DNA of 55,557 bases from Actinomycetota bacterium (lineage in GTDB: Bacteria > Actinomycetota > Acidimicrobiia > Acidimicrobiales > AC-9), in assembly GCA_005888295.1 (NCBI GenBank), contig VAWP01000110.1, positions 1 through 55,557 on the forward strand, given 5' to 3'. Below, in pieces: positions 21,954-32,380 of the stretch. The position numbers and the translations under genes are program-made. The notes under the pieces are model-generated. The model did no database searches, was not told the origin of the DNA, and saw only the letters and a program-made list of their open reading frames with translations. Numbering within the stretch: position 1 is the stretch's first letter; the number at the start of each line of letters is the position of its first letter.

Positions 21954-23333
21954 TCAGCCGTCTCCGAGGTGGCGGCGAACGGCGGTGCACAGGCGGTCGG
22001 CGGCGGCGCGCGCCGCCTCGAGGCTCTGGGCCTCGACCATGACCCGCACGACGGGCCCGGTGCCGCTGGCCCGGAGCAGCACCCGGCCGGAGCGGCCCAG
22101 CTCGGCCTCGACGGCCGCCACCTCGTCCCAGACGGCGCCGGCCGTCTCCAGCCGGCCGGGGTCGGGGACGGCCAGGCTGACGAGCTCCTGCGGCAGGCGG
22201 GTCATCGCCTCGGCCGCCAGTGCAGCAAGCGGCCGGGCGCGACGGCGAAGCAGGTCGAGGAGCTGGAGCCCCGTCAGTATCCCGTCGCCGGTGGTGGCGA
22301 GACGACGGAAGATGATGTGCCCCGACTGCTCGCCACCGAGAACGAACCCACCCTCCTCGATGGCCTCCAGCACGTGGCGGTCGCCCACCTTGGTCTGACG
22401 CACCTGGATACCTTTTGCTTGGAGGGCTTGCAGCATCCCGAGGTTGGTCATCACGGTCACCACCACGGTGTCCGAGGCGAGCAGACCGCGTTCGTGGAGA
22501 TCAGTGGCGAACATGGCCATGAGGTGGTCACCGTCGACCAGGGCTCCGGTGTGGTCGACGGCGAGCATGCGATCGGCGTCGCCATCGAAGGCCAACCCCA
22601 CGTCGGCGCCCGCCTCGACCACGGCGCGCTGCAACCCCTCGGGGTGGGTCGAGCCGCAGCCGTCGTTGATGTTGGTGCCGTCGGGCGCGGCGGCCATCAC
22701 CTGCACGACGGCGCCCAGCCGCTCGAGGACCGACGGAGCGACATGGCTCGCTGCGCCGCTGGCGCAGTCCAGCACGCAGCGGATGCCGTCGAGCCGCCGG
22801 CCCTCCAGGCAGGTGACGAGGTGGTCGCCGTACGCGTCGATCGCAGCTGGGTCCGAGTAGATGCTGCCCACCGAGCCTCCCACGACCGGCTTGACGCCGG
22901 CCGCCGACTGGGACGCGGCGATCGCCGACCCGACGCCCTCGCCGACGAGACGACCGAGCTCAGCCTCCAGGGCCCGTTCGACCGGGTCGGACAGCTTGAC
23001 CCCGCCCGCGGCGAAGAGCTTGATGCCGTTGTCGGGAAACGGATTGTGCGAGGCCGAGATCACGGCCGCCGGGGTGTCTCTCGTCGCCGAGAGCCACGCC
23101 ACGCCGGGGGTGGGGATGACACCGGCGTCGGCCACGCTCACACCCTCACTGGCGAGCCCGGCAGCCAGCGCCGCCTGCAGGAGGGGGCCCGATACGCGCG
23201 TGTCCCGACCCACCACGAACTCCCGGCCAGGGACGACGCGAGCCGCCGCCCGTCCGAGAGCGAGGACGAGCTCGGGGCTGAGCTCGTCGTTGGCGACGCC
23301 CCGGAGCCCGTCGGTGCCGAACTTGAGGCTCAA
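21954..23333 (-). CDS. glmM: Phosphoglucosamine mutase
   Basis: 459 aa: MSLKFGTDGLRGVAN.., active-site ISASHNPFPDNGIK, FDGDADR, GGEQSGH. Confidence 0.92.
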   Translation of the reverse strand: MSLKFGTDGLRGVANDELSPELVLALGRAAARVVPGREFVVGRDTRVSGPLLQAALAAGLASEGVSVADAGVIPTPGVAWLSATRDTPAAVISASHNPFPDNGIKLFAAGGVKLSDPVERALEAELGRLVGEGVGSAIAASQSAAGVKPVVGGSVGSIYSDPAAIDAYGDHLVTCLEGRRLDGIRCVLDCASGAASHVAPSVLERLGAVVQVMAAAPDGTNINDGCGSTHPEGLQRAVVEAGADVGLAFDGDADRMLAVDHTGALVDGDHLMAMFATDLHERGLLASDTVVVTVMTNLGMLQALQAKGIQVRQTKVGDRHVLEAIEEGGFVLGGEQSGHIIFRRLATTGDGILTGLQLLDLLRRRARPLAALAAEAMTRLPQELVSLAVPDPGRLETAGAVWDEVAAVEAELGRSGRVLLRASGTGPVVRVMVEAQSLEAARAAADRLCTAVRRHLGDG

Positions 23334-23339
23334 GCGGCG

Positions 23340-23732
23340 CTACCGCTTCGAGTACTGGGGCGCCTTGCGGGCCTTCTTGAGGCCGTACTTCTTGCTCTCC
23401 TTCTCCCTCGCGTCGCGGGTCAAGAACCCCGCCCGCTTGAGGGGGACACGCAGGTCACTGTCCAGCTCCGCCAGGCCTCGGGCGATCCCGAGGCGGAGGG
23501 CCCCGGCCTGGCCCGACGTACCTCCGCCGCCGATGGTCGCCTCGATGTCGTAGGAGTCCACGGCGGTCGCCAGTCGCAGCGGCTCGGTGGCGATCATCCG
23601 ATGGGTCGCCGACGGGAAGTACTCCTCGATGGGACGCCGGTTGATCGTGATGGTGCCGCCGCCGGAACGGAAACGAACCCGCGCCACCGCCGCTTTGCGG
23701 CGACCTGTGGTCTTGATGAGGGGTTGGGGCAT
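23340..23732 (-). CDS. rpsI: 30S ribosomal protein S9
   Basis: 130 aa: ..[48 protein letters not shown]. Confidence 0.95.
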   Translation of the reverse strand: MPQPLIKTTGRRKAAVARVRFRSGGGTITINRRPIEEYFPSATHRMIATEPLRLATAVDSYDIEATIGGGGTSGQAGALRLGIARGLAELDSDLRVPLKRAGFLTRDAREKESKKYGLKKARKAPQYSKR

Positions 23733-23743
23733 GCTGGCGCTCC

Positions 23744-24196
23744 TCAGGCCGGGTGGGACCGCGCATCCTCCAGCGGCAGGGGCTGGGGGTCCTGGGCGGT
23801 GTGCGGATGTTCGGGGCCGGCGTAGACCTTGAGCTTCTTCAGCGTGCGTCGGCCGAGGGGACCCTTGGGCAGCATCCCCCGCACCGCCCGGCGAACGGTC
23901 TCCTCGGGCCGGGTGGCCAACAGCTCCGCGTAGGTACGGCTCGTCAGGCTCCCCGGGTAGCCGCTGTGGCGGTAGTAGAGCTTCTTGTCGGCCTTGTCGG
24001 CGGTCATCACGACCTTGGCCGCGTTGACGACGACCACGTGGTCACCCATGTCGACGTGCGGCGCGAAGACGGGCTTGTGCTTGCCCCGCAGGACCCGCGC
24101 CACCTCGGAGCACATGCGCCCGAGCACGAGGCCGTCCGCATCGACCACGTACCAGGCGCGGTCGACGTCGCTGGGCTTTGGAGAGAACGTACGCAC
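23744..24196 (-). CDS. rplM: 50S ribosomal protein L13
   Basis: 150 aa from GTG 24196: [43 protein letters not shown]. Confidence 0.93.
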   Translation of the reverse strand: MRTFSPKPSDVDRAWYVVDADGLVLGRMCSEVARVLRGKHKPVFAPHVDMGDHVVVVNAAKVVMTADKADKKLYYRHSGYPGSLTSRTYAELLATRPEETVRRAVRGMLPKGPLGRRTLKKLKVYAGPEHPHTAQDPQPLPLEDARSHPA

Positions 24197-24318
24197 AGAG
24201 AGCTCTTTCAGGGACACAGGCCGCGCCAATCCGGCGCCCGGGCCGACCTAGAAGGATAGATCGCCGGTCCGGGACCGGCAAACGGGGGTTCGACGACGAG
24301 CAGTAGGCTGACGCCGGC

Positions 24319-25446
24319 GTGATCGACCTCCGCGACATCGAGGACGCCCGGGCGACGATCGGGCCGGTCCTGCGGGTGACGCCGGTGACCCATTCCCATT
24401 CGCTCTCGGGGCTGGCCGGACGCGACGTCCTGCTCAAGGGCGAGCAGCTCCAGAGGACCGGCTCGTTCAAGATCCGTGGGGCCCGCAACTTCGTGGCCCA
24501 CCTGGAGGAAGCGGGCTCGGGGAGACCGGAGGTGGTTGCGGCCTCGGCCGGGAACCACGCCCAGGGCGTGGCCCTGGCGGCCCGTCTGTCCGGCCTACCG
24601 GCCACCATCTTCATGCCCGCCAACGCCGCCCTGCCCAAGGTCGAGGCGACACGGTCCTACGGCGCGACCGTACTGCTCGAGGGCGCCGTCGTCGACGACG
24701 CCATGGCCGCCGCTCGCGATCACGCCGACCGGACCGGTGCCGTGCTGGTGCCACCGTTCGACGACCCACTGGTCGTGGCCGGGCAGGGCACCGTCGGCCT
24801 CGAGCTGGCCGAGCAGGCGCCACGGGCCACGGCGGTGGCCGTACCCGTGGGCGGCGGCGGGCTGCTCGCCGGCGTGGCCACGGCCCTGGCCACCACCCGG
24901 CCCGAGGTGAAGGTCGTCGGCGTCGAGGCCGCGGGGGCGGCGGCCATGCGGGCATCGCTCGACGCCGGGCGGTGCGTGACGCTCGACAGCGTGGCGACGA
25001 TGGCGGACGGCATCGCCGTGCGCTGTGTGTCCGATCTGACGCTCGCCCACGCCCAGGCCTACGTGCACGACGTGGTCACGGTGACCGAAGAAGAGATCAG
25101 TCAGGCCCTGCTGCTGCTGGCGGAACGGGCCAAGGTCGTTGTCGAGCCGGCCGGGGCGGTGGGCCTGGCGGCCATCCTCGCCGGTCGGGTGCCTGGTACG
25201 GGCCCCGCCCTGGCGGTGCTGTCGGGAGGCAATGTCGACCCGCCGGGCGCCCTGGCCGCCCTCACCGACGCAGTGGCCAAGATGCGGCTCAACGTGCTGT
25301 CGGTCGAGCATCACAGGGCCGGCCTCGAGCTCGGCGTGGACGAGGTCGAGGTCCTGCTGACCGTGGAAACGCGCGATCCGTCCCACCGCCACGAGGTGGT
25401 TCGCACCCTGCGGGATCAGGGGTTCAACGTCGAGCTAGCGCGGTGA
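24319..25446 (+). CDS. Threonine ammonia-lyase (PLP fold type II with a short ACT-like tail), lacking an internal block
   Basis: 375 aa: PLP lysine in GSFKIRGA, ASAGNHAQGVA, GGGGLLAG. After LSGGNVDP the sequence jumps straight to PGALAAL.., so about 27-28 residues of the ACT-like domain are absent. Confidence 0.8.
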   Translation: MIDLRDIEDARATIGPVLRVTPVTHSHSLSGLAGRDVLLKGEQLQRTGSFKIRGARNFVAHLEEAGSGRPEVVAASAGNHAQGVALAARLSGLPATIFMPANAALPKVEATRSYGATVLLEGAVVDDAMAAARDHADRTGAVLVPPFDDPLVVAGQGTVGLELAEQAPRATAVAVPVGGGGLLAGVATALATTRPEVKVVGVEAAGAAAMRASLDAGRCVTLDSVATMADGIAVRCVSDLTLAHAQAYVHDVVTVTEEEISQALLLLAERAKVVVEPAGAVGLAAILAGRVPGTGPALAVLSGGNVDPPGALAALTDAVAKMRLNVLSVEHHRAGLELGVDEVEVLLTVETRDPSHRHEVVRTLRDQGFNVELAR

Positions 25447-26274
25447 CGCGCCGTCTTCCGGATAGGTGACCGCCCACAGGCACAGGCCGTGCGGGGGTGC
25501 CGGAGATCCGGCCAGGGCGCGATCACCCGACCGCAGCACCCAGGACAGGTCGCCGGCCCGCTTGCGGCCACGTCCCACCTCGACCAGCGTGCCGACGACA
25601 GAGCGGACCATCTGGTGGCAGAACGCGGTGGCCGCCATCTCGAAGCGCAGCACGTCGCCCTCGCCCAGGCCGCCGTGGCCTCGGGTCCAGCGGGCGTCGA
25701 CGACGCGCCGCACCAGCGAGCCGCCGTCGGGAGGGCGACGGCAGAAGGTCGAGAAGGCGTGCTCTCCGAGCAGGGGATCGCTGGCCTGCTCCATGGCCCG
25801 AAGGTCGAGGGGGTCCTCGACGTGCCAGGCCGTGGTGGCGAGGAAGGGATCCGGTGTCGGCGAGTTGAGCACGCTGTAGCGATAGCGGCGCGAGACGGCC
25901 GAGCGGCGGGCGTCGAAGCCAACCGGAGCCACCGCCGCCTCCCGGACGACGATGGCCGGGGCCAGCATGGCGTTGCACGATCGCACGAGGGCCTCGAGGT
26001 CGAGCCTCCCGCGCGCCGGCGCCAGGTCGGCGTGGACCACCTGGCCCCACGCGTGGACCCCCGAGTCGGTCCGTCCGGCGCAGGTCAGGCTGACCGCGTG
26101 GCCCACCACCTTCTCGATGGCCTCCGCCAGGGTCCCGCCCACGGTGGTCTGGCCGGGCTGGGCGGCGAAGCCGTGGAAGCCGGTGCCGTCGTAGGCGACG
26201 GTGAGGCGGACCCGCACACGTCCCCCCGGCTCCGAGGGCCCGGTGGTCGGTTCGTCGGGCCCGAAGAGTGTCAA
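25435..26274 (-). CDS. truA: tRNA pseudouridine(38-40) synthase
   Basis: 279 aa: [13 protein letters not shown], catalytic [17 protein letters not shown]. Its 3' end overlaps the convergent dehydratase gene by 12 nt. Confidence 0.9.
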   Translation of the reverse strand: MTLFGPDEPTTGPSEPGGRVRVRLTVAYDGTGFHGFAAQPGQTTVGGTLAEAIEKVVGHAVSLTCAGRTDSGVHAWGQVVHADLAPARGRLDLEALVRSCNAMLAPAIVVREAAVAPVGFDARRSAVSRRYRYSVLNSPTPDPFLATTAWHVEDPLDLRAMEQASDPLLGEHAFSTFCRRPPDGGSLVRRVVDARWTRGHGGLGEGDVLRFEMAATAFCHQMVRSVVGTLVEVGRGRKRAGDLSWVLRSGDRALAGSPAPPHGLCLWAVTYPEDGASPR

Positions 26275-26624
26275 ACGAGCTCGATACGGGCCATGGGGGC
26301 GTTGTCCCCATGGCGCGGCCCGAGCTTGAGGATGCGGGTGTAGCCCCCAGGGCGGTCGGAGTAGCGGGGCGCGATCTCCTCGAACAGCTTGTTGGCCATG
26401 TCCTTGTCCCTGATGAGGGCCACGACCTGACGCTGGTTGTGGACGCCCCCCTTGCGGGCCTTGGTGATGACCTTCTCGACCACGGGTCGCATGGCCTTGG
26501 CCTTGGACTCGGTGGTCACCAGCGCCTCGGCGGCCACCAGCGACGCCACGAGGTTGCCCAGCATGGCCTTCTGGTGGGCGGCGTCGCCACCGAGCCGTCG
26601 ACCCTTGGTCGGGGTGCCCTGCAC
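26271..26624 (-). CDS. rplQ: 50S ribosomal protein L17
   Basis: 117 aa from GTG 26624 (AAGGAGGAG upstream): [45 protein letters not shown]. Confidence 0.93.
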   Translation of the reverse strand: MQGTPTKGRRLGGDAAHQKAMLGNLVASLVAAEALVTTESKAKAMRPVVEKVITKARKGGVHNQRQVVALIRDKDMANKLFEEIAPRYSDRPGGYTRILKLGPRHGDNAPMARIELV

Positions 26625-26625
26625 C

Positions 26626-27567
26626 TCACTCCTCCTTGGTGCGCAGCGACAGGCCCCGCTCGTCGAGACGCTGGATGACCTCGTCGAGGGACTTCTGGCC
26701 GAAGTTGGTGATGGCGAGCAGGTCGTCATGCGTGCGCTCGACGAGCTCGCCGATGCTGTTGACCTGCGCCCGCTTCAGGCAGTTGCGGGGCCGCTCGGAC
26801 AGATCGAGGTCCTCGATGGGAAGGTCGAGGTCGGGCGAGCCGCTCGTCATCGTGCTGACGTCGCCGAGCTCGAGACCCTGGGGATGGTCGCTCATGTCCG
26901 CCACCAGGCCGACCAGGGACCGTAGGGTCTCACCGGCCGAGGCCAGGGCGTCCCGTGGCGAAATCGAACCGTCGGTCTCGACGTCGAGGACGAGCAGGTC
27001 GAAGTTGGTCGACTGCTCGACGCGGGTGGGCTCGATCGTGAACGCGACCCGCCGGACGGGCGAGAAGATCGAGTCCACCGGGATGATGCCGATGGTCGAG
27101 GTGCGCTTGTTGAGCTCGGCCGAGACGTAGCCGCGGCCACGCTCGACGGTCACGTCCATGGCCAGCCGACCCTTGGGATCCAACGTGGCCAGCGTCAGCT
27201 CGGGGTTCAGCACCTCGACGTCGGCCGGGGTCTGCAGGTCTCCCGCGGTGACCGGGGCCGGACCGCGCACGTCCAGACGGAGCGTGACGGGCTCGTCCGA
27301 CTCGACCCGGAGGACGATGTCCTTCAGGTTGAGGATGATGTCGGTCACGTCCTCCTTGACGCCGGGAAGCGTGGTGAACTCGTGGAGGGCGTCATCGAAG
27401 CGAACCTGGGTGACCGCCGCTCCCGGGATCGACGAGAGCAGGGTCCGCCGCAGCGTATTGCCCATGGTGTGGCCGAACCCCGGCTCGAGGGGTCCGATGG
27501 CGAAGCGCTGGCGACCGTTCTCCTCCTCGCCGAGCGGCTCCACGGTGGGGCGTTGGATGATGAGCAT
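26626..27567 (-). CDS. rpoA: DNA-directed RNA polymerase alpha subunit
   Basis: 313 aa: [35 protein letters not shown]..; C-terminal domain [17 protein letters not shown]. Confidence 0.95.
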   Translation of the reverse strand: MLIIQRPTVEPLGEEENGRQRFAIGPLEPGFGHTMGNTLRRTLLSSIPGAAVTQVRFDDALHEFTTLPGVKEDVTDIILNLKDIVLRVESDEPVTLRLDVRGPAPVTAGDLQTPADVEVLNPELTLATLDPKGRLAMDVTVERGRGYVSAELNKRTSTIGIIPVDSIFSPVRRVAFTIEPTRVEQSTNFDLLVLDVETDGSISPRDALASAGETLRSLVGLVADMSDHPQGLELGDVSTMTSGSPDLDLPIEDLDLSERPRNCLKRAQVNSIGELVERTHDDLLAITNFGQKSLDEVIQRLDERGLSLRTKEE

Positions 27568-27597
27568 GGCGACACTGGCTCCTTGACGCTGGTGCTG

Positions 27598-28224
27598 CTA
27601 CTTGGAGTACAGCTCGATGATGAGCTGCTCTCGCACGGGCACGTCGATGTGCTCCCTCTCGGGCAGGCTCCGCACGGTGACCTGGAGGCCGCCAGCCTCG
27701 GCCTCCAGCCAGGGTGGGACCTGCCGGTCCAGGGTGTCGACGTTGTGACGGATGATGATGAGCTGGCGGGACTTCTCGACCAGGGCCACGACATCGCCCT
27801 GGCGCACCCGGTAGCTGGGGATGGTGACCCGCTTGCCGTTGACCTGCACGTGCCCGTGGCGGACGAGCTGGCGGGCCTGGGACCTGCTGGCGCCCCAGCC
27901 GGCGCGGTAGGCGACGTTGTCGAGGCGCAGCTCGAGCATGCGCAGGAGGTTCTCGCCGGTGATGCCCGACTGGTGCGTCGCCTGCTCGTAGAGGTTGACG
28001 AACTGCTTCTCGAGCACGCCGTAGATGCGGCGGGCCTTCTGCTTCTCACGCAGCTGGGCCAGGTACTCGGAGCCCTGGCGGACGCGATCACGCCCGTGCT
28101 CGCCAGGGGGGTAGGGCCGTCGCTCGATGGGGCACTTCATCGAGTCGCACTTGGCGCCCTTCAGGAACAACTTCATCTTCTCCCGGCGGCACAGACGGCA
28201 GACGGGGCCGGTGTATCGGGCCAT
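27598..28224 (-). CDS. rpsD: 30S ribosomal protein S4
   Basis: 208 aa: MARYTGPVCRLCRREKMKLFLKG.KC... Confidence 0.95.
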   Translation of the reverse strand: MARYTGPVCRLCRREKMKLFLKGAKCDSMKCPIERRPYPPGEHGRDRVRQGSEYLAQLREKQKARRIYGVLEKQFVNLYEQATHQSGITGENLLRMLELRLDNVAYRAGWGASRSQARQLVRHGHVQVNGKRVTIPSYRVRQGDVVALVEKSRQLIIIRHNVDTLDRQVPPWLEAEAGGLQVTVRSLPEREHIDVPVREQLIIELYSK

Positions 28225-28278
28225 GGGGTGCGGTGCTCTCCTCCTACCTCTGTCCGTTCCTGTCGACCTCGGCGCGGG

Positions 28279-28677
28279 TCACACCCGCCGCCGCTTCTTG
28301 GGTCGGCAGCCGTTGTGGGGGATCGGGGTGACGTCCTTGATCCCGGACACCTCGATGCCGGTGTTGGTGAGGGACCGGATGGCGGTCTCCCGCCCCGACC
28401 CCGGGCCCTTCACCAGCACGTCGACCTTGCGCACTCCGTGCTCCATGGCCCGGCGGGCGCAGGCCTCGGCGGCCAGCTGGGCCGCGAAGGGCGTCGACTT
28501 GCGGGATCCCTTGAAGCCGACGTTGCCCGCCGACGCCCAGGCCAGGACGTTGCCTTCGGGATCGGTGATCGACACGATCGTATTGTTGAACGAGCTCTTG
28601 ATGTGGGCCACGCCGTAGGCGATGTTCTTGCGCTCGCGGCGGCGGGGGCGCCGCCCTCCTGGCTTGGGCTTGGGCAT
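28279..28677 (-). CDS. rpsK: 30S ribosomal protein S11
   Basis: 132 aa from the internal Met: [52 protein letters not shown]. Confidence 0.95.
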   Translation of the reverse strand: MPKPKPGGRRPRRRERKNIAYGVAHIKSSFNNTIVSITDPEGNVLAWASAGNVGFKGSRKSTPFAAQLAAEACARRAMEHGVRKVDVLVKGPGSGRETAIRSLTNTGIEVSGIKDVTPIPHNGCRPKKRRRV

Positions 28678-28678
28678 G

Positions 28679-29059
28679 TCAGTGCTTGCGAACCTTCTTC
28701 TTTCCGGCGACGGTCTTCTTGGGTCCCTTGCGGGTGCGGGCGTTGGTATGGGTGCGCTGGCCGTTGACCGGCAGCCCGCGGCGGTGACGGACGCCCTGGT
28801 AGGAGCCGATCTCCATCTTGCGCTTGATGTCCTGGGCGACATCTCGGCGCAGGTCGCCCTCCACCTTGAGGTTGGAGTCCACCCACGACCGCAGGCGACC
28901 GACCTCCTCGTCGGTGAGGTCCCGGACCCGGGTGTCGCTGGCGATCCCGGTGGCCTCGCAGACGTTGTGGGCGGCGGTCCGGCCCATGCCGTAGATGTAG
29001 GTGAGGGAGACCTCCAGCCGCTTCTCCCTGGGGATGTCCACTCCGGCGATGCGCGCCAT
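28679..29059 (-). CDS. rpsM: 30S ribosomal protein S13
   Basis: 126 aa: [26 protein letters not shown]... Confidence 0.95.
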   Translation of the reverse strand: MARIAGVDIPREKRLEVSLTYIYGMGRTAAHNVCEATGIASDTRVRDLTDEEVGRLRSWVDSNLKVEGDLRRDVAQDIKRKMEIGSYQGVRHRRGLPVNGQRTHTNARTRKGPKKTVAGKKKVRKH

Positions 29060-29061
29060 CG

Positions 29062-29175
29062 CTAGCCCTGCCTCTGCTTGTGTCGGGGGTTGGTGCAGAT
29101 GACCATCACCCGCCGGTGGCGGCGGATGACCTTGCACTTCTCACAGATGGGTTTGACGCTCGGTCGTACCTTCAT
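29062..29175 (-). CDS. rpmJ: 50S ribosomal protein L36
   Basis: 37 aa: [37 protein letters not shown]. Embedded at the end of a longer track ORF. Confidence 0.93.
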   Translation of the reverse strand: MKVRPSVKPICEKCKVIRRHRRVMVICTNPRHKQRQG

Positions 29176-29182
29176 TTCCTGC

Positions 29183-29407
29183 TCATTTGTAGCGGTAGGT
29201 GATCCTGCCCCTCGACAGATCGTAGGGCGTGATCTCCACCTGGACACGGTCTCCGGGCAGGATACGGATGCGATGCATTCGCATCTTTCCCGAGCTGTGG
29301 GCGAGCACCTTGTGCCCGTTCTCGAGCTCGACTCGGAACATGGCGTTGGGGAGCGGCTCGACAACCGTCCCCTCGAGCACGATCGCGTCCTCTTTGGGCT
29401 TCGGCAG
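29183..29407 (-). CDS. infA: Translation initiation factor IF-1, probable CTG start
   Basis: The family-conserved N-terminus (L/M)[36 protein letters not shown].. is in frame upstream of the track start. TAG lies 3 codons further up. AGGAGG lies 5 nt before CTG 29407, and there is no in-frame ATG or GTG before 29380. Confidence 0.8.
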   Translation of the reverse strand: MPKPKEDAIVLEGTVVEPLPNAMFRVELENGHKVLAHSSGKMRMHRIRILPGDRVQVEITPYDLSRGRITYRYK

Positions 29408-29590
29408 ATGATCCTCCTACGGATGCGGCAATGGTCGGATGCTGCTAGAGAGAGGCGGCCGGCGGGCAGCCGCCTGGGGTCGGACGGTGGATGGTCGGAC
29501 GAGGTGGTACGAACCCCGGAGACCCGTACCCCCGCCCGAGACCGCGGGCCCGGAGGGCTCCGAGCCCGGCCAAACTGACATCTTAGCAAG

Positions 29591-30340
29591 TCAGGGCACT
29601 GTGAGCACCTCCGGGCCGTCCTCGGTCACGGCGATCGTGTGCTCGAAATGGGCCGACCGGCGGCCGTCAGCGGTGACCACGCTCCAGCCGTCGCCCAGCA
29701 GCCGGGTGCCGGCGCCACCGGCGTTGACCATGGGTTCGACGGCGAAGACGTTGCCCGACTTGAGCTTGGGACCCGGGCTGCCCGGCCAGTAGTTGGGGAC
29801 CTGGGGCTCCTCGTGCATGGCCGTGCCGATGGCGTGGCCGACGTACTCCCGCACCACCGAGAACCCGGCCTTCTCCACCACCGCTTGCACGGCCCTGCCG
29901 ATGTCGTTGAGCCGGTTGCCGTCCCGCATCTGGTCGATCCCGGCCCACAGGCTCTGCTCGGTGACCTGCATGAGGGCCTCGTCCTCGGCCGTCACGTCCC
30001 CGATGCCCATGGTGAAGGCGGCGTCGGCGTGGTACCCCTCCACGATCGCCCCGCAGTCGATGGACAGGATGTCGCCCTCGGCCAGCCGGTACCCGCCGGG
30101 GATGCCGTGGACGATCATGTCGTTGGGCGAGGTGCAGATGACGGCGGGGAAGCCGTGGTAGTTGAGGAAGTTCGAGCGGGCGTGGCGGCGGGCCAGCACC
30201 TCAACGGCCACGGCGTCCAGGTCGGCGGTCGTCGCCCCCGGGCGGGCTGCCGCCCGGGTGCGCTCGTGCATCTCGGCCACGATGCGCCCAGCCCGGCGCA
30301 TCTTGGCGATCTCGTCGGCGCTGCGCCTCACGTCCTCCAC
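29591..30340 (-). CDS. map: Type I methionine aminopeptidase
   Basis: 249 aa: metal ligands in [30 protein letters not shown]. Confidence 0.92.
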   Translation of the reverse strand: MEDVRRSADEIAKMRRAGRIVAEMHERTRAAARPGATTADLDAVAVEVLARRHARSNFLNYHGFPAVICTSPNDMIVHGIPGGYRLAEGDILSIDCGAIVEGYHADAAFTMGIGDVTAEDEALMQVTEQSLWAGIDQMRDGNRLNDIGRAVQAVVEKAGFSVVREYVGHAIGTAMHEEPQVPNYWPGSPGPKLKSGNVFAVEPMVNAGGAGTRLLGDGWSVVTADGRRSAHFEHTIAVTEDGPEVLTVP

Positions 30341-30350
30341 CCCCGCGGTC

Positions 30351-31031
30351 TCATACCCGGCGCCCCAGGCTGTGCTCGCGTCGTTGGTCGACCACCCTCA
30401 CCAGGCCGCCGGTGATCTCGTCAGGGTCGCCCACTCCCTCCACCTCCGCCAACAGGTCGCGCTCGGCGTACCAGTCGACCAGCGGCCGGGTCTCCCGCTC
30501 GTACAGATCGAGGCGGCGACGGATGGCCGCCTCGGTGTCGTCCTGACGCTGGACGACCTCGCCGCCGCAGATGTCACAGGTCCAGTTCAGCCGCGGTGGG
30601 CTGTCCACGCTGTAGTTCGCCCCGCAGTCGACGCACACCCGCCGGCCGGCCAGACGGCGCAGGACGACCTCGGTCGGGACCTCGAGGTTGACCACGAGGT
30701 CGATCTCGTCGGGCGCCAGCAGCTCGGCCAGACCCTTGGCCTGATGCACGGTCCTCGGGAAGCCATCCAGCACGAAACCCCGCGCCTTGGTGTCGTCGAG
30801 CCCGAGCCGCTCGGCCACCAGGCCCATCACCACCTCGTCGGGTACCAGCTCGCCGGTGTCCATATACTCCTTGGCCTTCGCACCCAGCTCCGAGCGGGAC
30901 TTCACCGCCGCCCGGAACATGTCACCGGTGGAGATGTGGGGCACGACGTAGTGGCGCGACAACCGAACGCACTGTGTCCCCTTCCCCGCGCCCTGCTTGC
31001 CGAGAATGATCAAGCGGGCGCCTGGTACCAC
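30351..31031 (-). CDS. adk: Adenylate kinase (zinc-lid type)
   Basis: 226 aa: P-loop LGKQGAGKGTQ; lid C.DCG...CDICGG. Confidence 0.92.
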   Translation of the reverse strand: MVPGARLIILGKQGAGKGTQCVRLSRHYVVPHISTGDMFRAAVKSRSELGAKAKEYMDTGELVPDEVVMGLVAERLGLDDTKARGFVLDGFPRTVHQAKGLAELLAPDEIDLVVNLEVPTEVVLRRLAGRRVCVDCGANYSVDSPPRLNWTCDICGGEVVQRQDDTEAAIRRRLDLYERETRPLVDWYAERDLLAEVEGVGDPDEITGGLVRVVDQRREHSLGRRV

Positions 31032-31059
31032 CGGTGCTCCTGGGCACGTAAGCAGGCCA

Positions 31060-32355
31060 CTATTTGAGGAAGCCCTCGTAGTTCCGCATCATGAGCTGGC
31101 TGTCGATCTGTTTCATCGTCTCCAGGGCCACGCCGACCGCGATGAGCAGGGTCGTGCCGGCGAAGGGGAACCGGGTGATGCCCCAGACGGCCAGGGCGAT
31201 CGACGGAAGCAGGGCCACGAAGGCCAGGAACAGCGAGCCGGGCAGCGTGATGCGGTTGAGGATGCCGGCGAGGTAACGCTCGGTCGGGTAGCCGGGCCGG
31301 ATGCCGGGGATGTAGCCGCCCTGTTTCCGGATGACGTCGGCCTGCTGGTGCGGATCGAACGTGATGGTGACGTAGAAGTACGTGAACAGGATGATGAGCA
31401 CCCCGTACAGGCCGATGTAATAGCCGCTCGTCGGCTGCACCAGGTGGTTGTTGATGAAGTTGCGCAGCGATCCCGACGGGATGACGTTCGTCAGGAGCAC
31501 GGGGAAGTAGAGCACCGAGCTGGCGAAGATGATCGGTATGACCCCGGCCTGGTTGACCTTGAGCGGGATGTAGGTGCTCTGGCCGCCGTACATCCGCCGG
31601 CCGGTGACCCGTTTTGCGAAGGTGACGGGGATGCGCCGCTGACCCTGCTCGACGAAGACGATCGCCACCAGCAGGAAGAGGGCGAGGGCCAGGACGATCC
31701 CGAACTTGAACCGGCCCCCCTCGGCCAGGATCACCGCTCCGCCCGCAGGGATGCTGGCCACCACGTTGGCGAAGATGAGGATCGACATGCCCTGACCGAT
31801 CCCCCGCTGGGTGATGAGCTCGGCCAGCCACATGACGAAGGCCGTGCCGGCGGTGAGGGTCAGCACGATGAACAGCACCCTCGGGACGGTGAACTTCGGG
31901 ATGAGGTCGATGTTCTGCCCGTTGCCGAGCAGGCCCCCACCCCCGCCGTGGAACACGAAGGCGAGCCCGGTGGACTGCATGAGGGCCAGGGCCACGGTCA
32001 GGTAGCGGGTGACCTGGGTCAGCTTGCGCTGGCCGACGGCCCCTTGCTCCCGCCACTCCTCCAGCTTGGGAATCACGGTCACGAGCAGCTGGATGATGAT
32101 CGAGCTGGTGATGTAGGGCATGATCCCCAGCCCGAACACGGCGAACCGGGTCAGGGCGCCCCCGGAGAACAGGTTGAGGAAGCCCAGGACGCCGCCCGCT
32201 TTGGCCTGCTGCTCCAGCTGGCGTACGGCGTTGAAGTCGATGCCCGGCACCGGCACGTTCGCCCCGAACTGGTAGAGCGAGATGATGAGCAGGGTGAAGA
32301 GGACCTTGTTCCGCAGGTCCGGGACCTTGAACATGTTCTTGAGGCTGGAGAGCAT
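31060..32355 (-). CDS. secY: Preprotein translocase subunit SecY
   Basis: 431 aa, multi-pass hydrophobic: ..GIMPYITSSIIIQLL.., C-terminal ETMKQIDSQLMMRNYEGFLK. Confidence 0.95.
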   Translation of the reverse strand: MLSSLKNMFKVPDLRNKVLFTLLIISLYQFGANVPVPGIDFNAVRQLEQQAKAGGVLGFLNLFSGGALTRFAVFGLGIMPYITSSIIIQLLVTVIPKLEEWREQGAVGQRKLTQVTRYLTVALALMQSTGLAFVFHGGGGGLLGNGQNIDLIPKFTVPRVLFIVLTLTAGTAFVMWLAELITQRGIGQGMSILIFANVVASIPAGGAVILAEGGRFKFGIVLALALFLLVAIVFVEQGQRRIPVTFAKRVTGRRMYGGQSTYIPLKVNQAGVIPIIFASSVLYFPVLLTNVIPSGSLRNFINNHLVQPTSGYYIGLYGVLIILFTYFYVTITFDPHQQADVIRKQGGYIPGIRPGYPTERYLAGILNRITLPGSLFLAFVALLPSIALAVWGITRFPFAGTTLLIAVGVALETMKQIDSQLMMRNYEGFLK

Positions 32356-32380
32356 GGAGGCTCCTCGTCCTGCGAACTGC

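Noticed and set aside
24197-24318. Promoters in the divergent rplM/threonine dehydratase spacer (for example TATCCT on the minus strand near 24253..24258).
   Set aside because: Only a weak TANNNT-type -10 is present, with no convincing -35 element. The evidence is insufficient to annotate.
29408-29590. Terminator after map, upstream of infA (GC-rich partial palindromes such as GGCGGCCGGCGGGCAGCCGCC and GGGCTCCGAGCCC).
   Set aside because: The stems are short or have loops that are too small, and no U-tract follows. I cannot support a specific terminator call.
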